The notes under the pieces are model-generated. The model ran no database searches and was not told the DNA's origin. It was given only the letters and a program-made list of their open reading frames with translations. From the NCBI GenBank assembly GCA_964522265.1, contig CAZFVS010000023.1, positions 1 to 12,866 on the forward strand: a DNA stretch of 12,866 nucleotides, written 5' to 3'. A program made the translations under genes and the position numbers. Shown one piece after another: positions 6,514 through 11,817 of the stretch (the stretch's first letter is position 1; every line of letters begins with the position of its first letter). This DNA is from an uncultured Gammaproteobacteria bacterium (lineage in GTDB: Bacteria > Patescibacteriota > Microgenomatia > Daviesbacterales > UBA10151).

Positions 6514-7327
6514 TATTAAGGTGAATTCACCACAGGAACTGGATTTAATGCGAAAAAGCGGACAGATTACGGCCAAGGCTTTAAAAAAAACTTTGGAAAC
6601 AGTTTCATCAGGTGTTAATTTATTAAGTCTTGAAAAAAGAGCGCTCAAGGCGATTGAATCTGCCGGGGGGGTGCCGTCATTTATGACAGTGGCAGACAGC
6701 AGTGGAGGAAACTACAAGTGGGCAACATGCTTGACTGTCAATCAGGAAGTGGTTCACGGGATTCCCAGGGAAGAGGTGGTTTTAAAAGAGGGGGATTTGT
6801 TGAGTATAGATGTTGGTGCAATATATGAGGGGTGGCATACAGATGCAGCTTGGAGTGTTTTGGTGGGTAGTTATACAAAATCCGAAATCCCTGCCTCGCG
6901 GGCCGGCGGGCGAAATCCGAAATCCGAAATCCGATTTCTGGAAGTGGGGCAAAAGGCGCTTTGGAAAGGGATAAAACAGGCTGTGGAGGGAAACCATATA
7001 GGGGATATTTCAGAGGCTATCCAGAAGACTGTTGAAGGTAGTGGATACTCTGTTGTAAGGGCACTGGTTGGTCATGGGGTAGGCAGGAGTTTGCATGAAA
7101 ACCCTGAAATTCCCGGGTTTGGTAAAAGAGGAACTGGACCCAGACTCTTTTCAGGCATGACGCTTGCAATAGAGGTGATATATACCAGCGGGAAGAGTGA
7201 TGTGGTTTTGAACCCTGATGGATGGACTGTATCTACAGCAGATGGCAGTTTAGGCGGATTGTTTGAGATGAGTGTGATAGTGGGAGATAAGAAAGCTGAG
7301 GTTTTGACTGACTGGAGGAAGGTTTGA
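6503..7327 (+). CDS. map: Type I methionine aminopeptidase carrying a 14-aa repeat-derived insertion
   Basis: The conserved N-terminus [27 protein letters not shown] starts at ATG 6503 and overlaps the adk end by 11 nt. The ORF-track start 6455 lies inside adk. Metal-ligand contexts are present: SIDVGAIYEGWHTDAAW, GHGVGRSLHE, LAIEV, FEMSV. Confidence 0.92.
   Translation: MSTDIKVNSPQELDLMRKSGQITAKALKKTLETVSSGVNLLSLEKRALKAIESAGGVPSFMTVADSSGGNYKWATCLTVNQEVVHGIPREEVVLKEGDLLSIDVGAIYEGWHTDAAWSVLVGSYTKSEIPASRAGGRNPKSEIRFLEVGQKALWKGIKQAVEGNHIGDISEAIQKTVEGSGYSVVRALVGHGVGRSLHENPEIPGFGKRGTGPRLFSGMTLAIEVIYTSGKSDVVLNPDGWTVSTADGSLGGLFEMSVIVGDKKAEVLTDWRKV
6877..6934 (+). repeat. CGAAATC heptamer repeats flanking a GC-rich 20-mer, in frame inside map
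   Basis: AAAATC-CGAAATC-C (6877-6890), then CTGCCTCGCGGGCCGGCGGG (6891-6910), then CGAAATC x3 + CGA (6911-6934). AAATCCGAAATCC occurs at both 6878-6890 and 6913-6925. Confidence 0.9.
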
Positions 7328-7386
7328 GTAAAAGGTGACTATGGGTTGTTTTTTAGATGTAGAATTGTTACAATTGTAAAGTTAAT

Positions 7387-7638
7387 ATGGGTGATCAAGT
7401 ACCTGATTTGATTAAAATACAAGGTGTGGTTAAGGAGGTATTGCCGAATACCTTATTTAGGGTTGAAATTAAACGTTCAGATGAACTGCCGGAACTTGTG
7501 GACAGGGTGATTTTATGCCACATCTCTGGTAAAATGCGCAGGCACTATATTAGGCTTTTAGCAGGGGACAAGGTTGATGCAGAGATGAGCCCTAAGTACG
7601 ATTTGGATAAAGGAAGGATTACATTTAGATTAAAATGA
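7387..7638 (+). CDS. infA: Translation initiation factor IF-1
   Basis: 83 aa. [13 protein letters not shown]...[37 protein letters not shown] is the IF-1 S1/OB signature. It has about 8 extra residues between RVE and HIS. Confidence 0.93.
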   Translation: MGDQVPDLIKIQGVVKEVLPNTLFRVEIKRSDELPELVDRVILCHISGKMRRHYIRLLAGDKVDAEMSPKYDLDKGRITFRLK

Positions 7639-7751
7639 GAGTACAAGCAAGTGTTAAAACCAGATGCAAGTTTTGTAAATTTGTGCGCAGGGAAGGCGTA
7701 TTATTCGTGATATGCCCCCGCGACCCTAAACATAAGCAACGTCAGGGATGA
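7635..7751 (+). CDS. rpmJ: 50S ribosomal protein L36
   Basis: Hand translation gives 38 aa, below the ORF-track cut-off: [38 protein letters not shown]. It has the canonical L36 zinc motif and the KHKQRQG end. It overlaps the infA stop by ATGA. Confidence 0.93.
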   Translation: MRVQASVKTRCKFCKFVRREGVLFVICPRDPKHKQRQG

Positions 7752-7759
7752 CGTTGCTT
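7734..7759 (+). other. Perfect 11-bp hairpin spanning the rpmJ stop codon
   Basis: AAGCAACGTCA (7734-7744), loop GGGA, TGACGTTGCTT (7749-7759). All 11 pairs are Watson-Crick. No U-tract follows. Confidence 0.85.
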
Positions 7760-7834
7760 GCGAGATCTTCGCTGCTATTGAAATTGGAGATTTCAATAGC
7801 ACTACGATCTTTTAAACAACGACAAGGATAAATT
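7760..7834 (+). other. Structured spacer with an 11-bp hairpin flanked by GATC motifs; possible diverged third copy of the intergenic element
   Basis: GCTATTGAAAT (7774-7784), loop TGGAG, ATTTCAATAGC (7790-7800). AGATC (7763-7767) can pair with GATCT (7806-7810) across an internal loop. It shares GAGATC..CGC 5' of the hairpin and GACAAGG + A-rich + ATTATG 3' of it with copy 1. Confidence 0.45.
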
Positions 7835-8143
7835 ATGAGTATAGAAATTAGATATGATAAACCACTAACCGAAGCAGAGGAAATAGTGTGTTTGCGTGCC
7901 CAAGCAATAATAGGGACAAAAGCCTTAATGGCATTAGCACGGCAAGGAGTTCCGATAGATAAAATTATAAAATCAATTGAACAAGAGGAGGCTGAGTTAA
8001 TAGTTGGCGTAGAATTTGAAGACCGACACCTAGGAGATATTGATAGTTCGTTTGAAGGGTGGTTTGCATACGGCAGGTTGGATGCAATTATTGGCCAGGC
8101 TTCTAAAAGAATTACTAATCAATTAAAAGATTTGGAGAGATAA
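7835..8143 (+). CDS. Hypothetical acidic 102-aa protein of unrecognised family, embedded between rpmJ and rpsM
   Basis: ATG start with SD AAGGA (7824-7828) and a 6-nt spacer. It stops 4 nt before the rpsM ATG. No competing ORF of 60 aa or more lies in the other frames here. I count 19 D/E against 13 K/R and see no hydrophobic TM stretch and no motif I recognise. Confidence 0.6.
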   Translation: MSIEIRYDKPLTEAEEIVCLRAQAIIGTKALMALARQGVPIDKIIKSIEQEEAELIVGVEFEDRHLGDIDSSFEGWFAYGRLDAIIGQASKRITNQLKDLER

Positions 8144-8147
8144 AATT

Positions 8148-8542
8148 ATGGCGCGTATTGCAGGAGTAGATTTACCAAATGAAAAAAGGGCGGATATTGG
8201 GCTTACTTACATTTATGGAGTGGGTAGGTCTAATGTTGTACAAATTTTGGAAAAGCAGGAGTTGACGGTAGTAAAAGGATAAAAGATTTAAACGAGGAAG
8301 AGGTTAATAAACTGGCTAAAGCTTTAGAGGGAACTACAGTTGAAGGAGACTTGCAAAGGGAGATAGAACAAAATATCAAAAGGTTGGAAGAGATAGGAAG
8401 TTACAGGGGTTTGAGACACAGGAAAGGCTTGCCTGTTAGAGGACAGAGGACCCGCTCAAATGCCAGGACCAAAAAAGGCAAGAGAAAAACAGTAGGGACT
8501 GTCAGAAAGGAAGTTGTGGCGAAGAGGGCGCCAGAAAAATAG
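8148..8542 (+). pseudogene. rpsM: 30S ribosomal protein S13 with an interrupted frame (a -1 shift is needed at A-run 8251-8254)
   Basis: Frame A (8148-8282) gives [36 protein letters not shown], then diverges to QELTVVKG and a stop. The -1 frame from 8252 gives [81 protein letters not shown]..., which is the rest of canonical S13. One extra A in GAAAAG would restore a single ORF. Confidence 0.88.
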
Positions 8543-8569
8543 ATATAATCCCTCGCTAGGAGAAGAAAT

Positions 8570-8965
8570 ATGGCAAAAAAAACTATAATTATTAAAAAAA
8601 AGGTGGTGGGTATAAAACAGATAAGTAGCGGACGCATCTATGTAACTGCGACTTTTAATAATACCCTGGTGACCTTGACAGATATGAGCGGTAAAACTTT
8701 AGCCTGGAGTTCTTCCGGCAACGCAGGTTTTAAAGGAGCCAGGAAAGCTACCCCTTTTGCTGCAATCAGTGCTGTTGAAAAAGTTGCAAAAACAGGCAAA
8801 GAGGTAGGACTTTCCAGCGTTGAAGTATTTATTAAAGGTCCTGGCCCAGGAAGAGATGCGTCGATCAGGGCTTTGAAGAATGCCGGGTTAAATATTACCA
8901 TGATTGCAGACGTGACGCCTGTGCCGCATAATGGGCCAAGGGCCAAGAAAAGGAGAAGGGTATAA
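8570..8965 (+). CDS. rpsK: 30S ribosomal protein S11
   Basis: 131 aa. [45 protein letters not shown]...[37 protein letters not shown] is canonical S11. SD AGGAGA lies upstream. Confidence 0.96.
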   Translation: MAKKTIIIKKKVVGIKQISSGRIYVTATFNNTLVTLTDMSGKTLAWSSSGNAGFKGARKATPFAAISAVEKVAKTGKEVGLSSVEVFIKGPGPGRDASIRALKNAGLNITMIADVTPVPHNGPRAKKRRRV

Positions 8966-9568
8966 ATGTCCAGATATACTGGTCCAAAAAGAAGATTATC
9001 TAAAAGAGAAGGGGTGGCGCTTTTTGCTAAAGATGCCAAAGCACTGGAAAGAAAGGGTGCGGTTCCGCCAGGAGTCAGAGGGACTAAAGTCAGGTTAAGG
9101 TTTTCAGAATACAGCTCCCAACTTCGGGAGAAGCAAAAAACTAAAAGAATCTTTGGCCTTAGTGAAAAACAGTTCAGGAACACGTTTAAAGAGGCTGCCA
9201 AAAGCAGAAGTATAACAGGCGAAAAACTGCTTGAACTTTTAGAGACAAGGTTAGATAATGTAGTTTACAGGTTGGGGTTTGCAAGGAGCAGGCCGGAAGC
9301 AAGACAAATAGTTACCCACGGTCATGTTACTGTTGACGGTAAGAAAGTGAATATTCCCTCGTTTAGGGTGAAAACAAACTCAGTAGTTGCAATTGCACCC
9401 AAATTTGTGGATAATACACAAGTACAAAAAAGCCTAGAGCAAAATGATAAAGTTGCTCTGTGGCTTGACAGGAAAGCAGCAGTAGGCAAGGTTTTAAGAA
9501 TTCCTACACGGGATGAAATGGAAAGCATAGTAAATGAGCAGCTCATAGTTGAATTCTATAGCCGTTAA
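8966..9568 (+). CDS. rpsD: 30S ribosomal protein S4
   Basis: 200 aa. It has the N-terminus MSRYTGPKRRLSKREG, then YSSQLREKQK.KRIFG, and the S4 RNA-binding domain RLDNVVYRLGFARSRPEARQIVTHGHVTVDGKKVNIPSFRV. It starts immediately after the rpsK stop. Confidence 0.96.
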   Translation: MSRYTGPKRRLSKREGVALFAKDAKALERKGAVPPGVRGTKVRLRFSEYSSQLREKQKTKRIFGLSEKQFRNTFKEAAKSRSITGEKLLELLETRLDNVVYRLGFARSRPEARQIVTHGHVTVDGKKVNIPSFRVKTNSVVAIAPKFVDNTQVQKSLEQNDKVALWLDRKAAVGKVLRIPTRDEMESIVNEQLIVEFYSR

Positions 9569-9572
9569 ACTT

Positions 9573-10487
9573 ATGATTAAATTTAAAGTAAGAACTGAAG
9601 ACGAAAAAGATAACTTTGCCAAGGTGGTTGTTGAACCGCTTGAGCAGGGTTATGGTCATACGCTGGGCAACAGTTTAAGGCGCTGCATGCTCAATTCTTT
9701 GCCAGGTGCAGCTATAACGTCTGTCAAAATTGCAAGTGTATCCCATCAATTCTCTACAATCCCCGGTGTGATTGAAGATGTGATAGAGATAATACTCAAT
9801 CTTAAGAAAGTCAGGATAAAGGTTTTCGGAGACAAACAGATACGTTTATCTATCCAAAAGACCGGTAAAGGAGAGGTTAAAGCCGGTGATATAGATACGT
9901 TAGGCCAGGGAGAAATAGTCAATACCCAGGCACATATTGCCACCATCACAGATCCTAAAGGGAAACTTAGCATAGAGATGACTTGTGAACTGGGTACAGG
10001 TTATGTACCCGCAGAAGAGAAAAAACTTAATGTGATTGGGGTTATCCCGATAGATGCCATTTACACCCCTGTTTTATCAGTGAACTATACTGTAGACCAG
10101 ACACGCGTTGGCAGGCGCACTGATTTTGATAGTTTGGTTCTGGATGTTACAACAGATGGTACGATTACTCCGCGGGAAGCAGTAGAGAAAGCTGCCCAAA
10201 TACTGGCAGGTTATTTTAAACAAATTTATGAGCCTGAAGAGGAAGAGGTAGCAGAGGTCCAAACCCCAAGTTTTGTGTCTGATGACCTTTTGAAATCATC
10301 TATTGAAGAATTAGACCTGCCTGTCAGGATTACCAATGCTTTAAAGGCTATTGAGATTGATACAGTTGGCAAACTTCTAATCGTACCGGCTTCGCAGCTA
10401 ATGAAAGCAAAAAACTTGGGCTCGAAGTCGCTAACTTTAATTTCAGAAAAGCTTTTAGAGAGGGGGCTGTCTTTAGGTGAGGCATAG
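9573..10487 (+). CDS. rpoA: DNA-directed RNA polymerase alpha subunit
   Basis: The start is set at ATG 9573, 4 nt after the rpsD stop. The track start 9549 overlaps rpsD. The N-terminal domain has EPLEQGYGHTLGNSLRR. The C-terminal domain has ELDLPVRITNALKAIEIDTVGKL...NLGSKSL. The product is 304 aa. Confidence 0.93.
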   Translation: MIKFKVRTEDEKDNFAKVVVEPLEQGYGHTLGNSLRRCMLNSLPGAAITSVKIASVSHQFSTIPGVIEDVIEIILNLKKVRIKVFGDKQIRLSIQKTGKGEVKAGDIDTLGQGEIVNTQAHIATITDPKGKLSIEMTCELGTGYVPAEEKKLNVIGVIPIDAIYTPVLSVNYTVDQTRVGRRTDFDSLVLDVTTDGTITPREAVEKAAQILAGYFKQIYEPEEEEVAEVQTPSFVSDDLLKSSIEELDLPVRITNALKAIEIDTVGKLLIVPASQLMKAKNLGSKSLTLISEKLLERGLSLGEA

Positions 10488-10965
10488 GGTATATGGCAAA
10501 CACCTCGGAAGAGATAAAAATGCAAGAAACGCACTTTTTAAGAACTTAGTGCGGTCGCTGGTTCTGTGGGAAAAAATTGAAACTACCCAGGCCAAAGCCA
10601 AAGCTGTTAAGGGGCTTGTTGATAAACTAATCAATGCTGCCAAAACTCCAAACACCAGAAGGTTAGTTTCCCAATTTTTGATTGATAAAAAAGCACAGGA
10701 AAAATTAATCAAGGAACTTGCTCCAAAACTTTCCGGAAGAACCTCCGGATATACTTCAATCACGCGTTTAGGCCAGAGAATGGGTGATGGGGCGATGATG
10801 GTGGAGATGAGGTTATTAATCAGTGAAGATGAAAAGGGAGAAAAGGAAAAGTCAAAGAAACAGTTACCAGGTCTCAGTAGTCAGTTGCCGGATAAAAGTT
10901 CACCGGTTATCAGTAAGTCAGTTACTGAAAAACAGAAAACTGGTAACAGAAAGAAGAAAGCCTAG
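10477..10965 (+). CDS. rplQ: 50S ribosomal protein L17 with a C-terminal extension of about 48 aa
   Basis: GTG start overlapping the rpoA end by 11 nt. MRHRVYGKHLGRDKNARNALFKNLVRSL...IETT.AKAK....V.KLI and ..GGYTRI..LG.R.GDGA-like (GRTSGYTSITRLGQRMGDGAMMV) are L17 motifs. Residues after about 114 are a K/E/S-rich tail. Confidence 0.92.
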   Translation: MRHRVYGKHLGRDKNARNALFKNLVRSLVLWEKIETTQAKAKAVKGLVDKLINAAKTPNTRRLVSQFLIDKKAQEKLIKELAPKLSGRTSGYTSITRLGQRMGDGAMMVEMRLLISEDEKGEKEKSKKQLPGLSSQLPDKSSPVISKSVTEKQKTGNRKKKA

Positions 10966-10968
10966 TTT

Positions 10969-11421
10969 ATGTCTACTAACGTATTATCAGCAAAAGATAT
11001 TAAACGGGATTGGCATCTGATAGATGCCCAGGGAAAAATTTTGGGCAGGTTGGCAACTGAGGTGGCAGTTAAGCTCTCCGGTAAACATAAGGCTATGAGA
11101 GTCCCCTATTTGGATACAGGGGATTTTGTTGTGGTAACAAATGCTTCCGGGGTAAAGGTAACAGGGAAGAAAGCACAGCAGAAAAAATATGTCCGCCATT
11201 CCGGTTATCCGGGAGGTTTGAGAGAGGAAGTTTTCAATAAGCTGATTTTACGACGCCCCGAAGAAATAATCAGGCATGCAGTGCGGGGGATGTTGCCAAA
11301 GACAAGTTTGGGGAGAGCGATGATTAAAAAACTGCATGTTTTTGCAGGGAATGAGCATCCATTTGCACGACAGTTGAAGTCAAAAGAGTCAGATAAGTCA
11401 AAGGAGCCAAAAGATGCCTGA
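10969..11421 (+). CDS. rplM: 50S ribosomal protein L13
   Basis: 150 aa. WHLIDAQGKILGRLATEVAVKLSGKHK...D.GDFVVVTNA..V..TG.K...K.Y.RHSGYPGGL is canonical L13. Confidence 0.95.
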   Translation: MSTNVLSAKDIKRDWHLIDAQGKILGRLATEVAVKLSGKHKAMRVPYLDTGDFVVVTNASGVKVTGKKAQQKKYVRHSGYPGGLREEVFNKLILRRPEEIIRHAVRGMLPKTSLGRAMIKKLHVFAGNEHPFARQLKSKESDKSKEPKDA

Positions 11422-11815
11422 CAAGAGCTACAAACAGGCAGTAGGGAGAAGAAAAGAAGCGGTTGCCAGGGTGCGGATTTTTCCCGGACAGGGCCAGGTA
11501 ATTATCAACGGTAAGCCGATTGCGGAGTATTTTAAAGGACCGGTTTTCCAAAAAAAATACCAGAAGCCTTTTGAGGTAACAAAAACTTTGGGTAAATATA
11601 CCGCCACAGTCAAAGTTTTAGGAGGGGGGGTTGTTTCTCAGCTTGATGCAACAGTCCACGGTCTTGCCAGGGCTTTAGAGCTTACAGATAAGGATAACTT
11701 CAGGCCATTGCTGAAAAAAGCAGGACTTTTAACCCGCGATGCCAGAGTTAAAGAGAGAAGAAAATACGGCCTTGCCCATAAAGCCAGGGCAAAAAAACAG
11801 TCGCCAAAAAGATAA
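11414..11815 (+). CDS. rpsI: 30S ribosomal protein S9
   Basis: 133 aa. GRRKEAVARVRIFPGQGQVIINGK...GGGVVSQLDATVHGLARAL...LLTRDARVKERRKYGLAHKARAKKQSPKR is canonical S9, including the C-terminal ..KR. It overlaps the rplM end by 8 nt. Confidence 0.96.
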   Translation: MPDKSYKQAVGRRKEAVARVRIFPGQGQVIINGKPIAEYFKGPVFQKKYQKPFEVTKTLGKYTATVKVLGGGVVSQLDATVHGLARALELTDKDNFRPLLKKAGLLTRDARVKERRKYGLAHKARAKKQSPKR

Positions 11816-11817
11816 CT

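Noticed and set aside
6877-6934. Short direct repeats with a unique segment between them, considered as a mini CRISPR-like array.
   Set aside because: The repeat unit is only 7-13 nt, there is a single 20-22 nt spacer, the whole segment lies in frame inside map, and there are no cas genes. It is not a CRISPR.
7346-7379. A possible sigma-70 promoter upstream of infA (TTGTTT 7346-7351, 17-nt spacer, TACAAT 7369-7374), overlapping a perfect 12-bp palindrome TTACAATTGTAA (7368-7379).
   Set aside because: The -35 is weak, and such matches are frequent by chance in AT-rich spacers. It would also imply an almost leaderless infA mRNA. It might deserve a look with 5'-end mapping, but sequence alone does not support calling a promoter or operator.
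8249-8255. Programmed -1 ribosomal frameshifting as the explanation for the split rpsM.
   Set aside because: G-GAA-AAG is not a canonical X-XXY-YYZ slippery heptamer. I see no properly spaced upstream SD-like stimulator or downstream stem. A one-base homopolymer error or mutation is more parsimonious. I kept it as a finding, not as a recoding claim.
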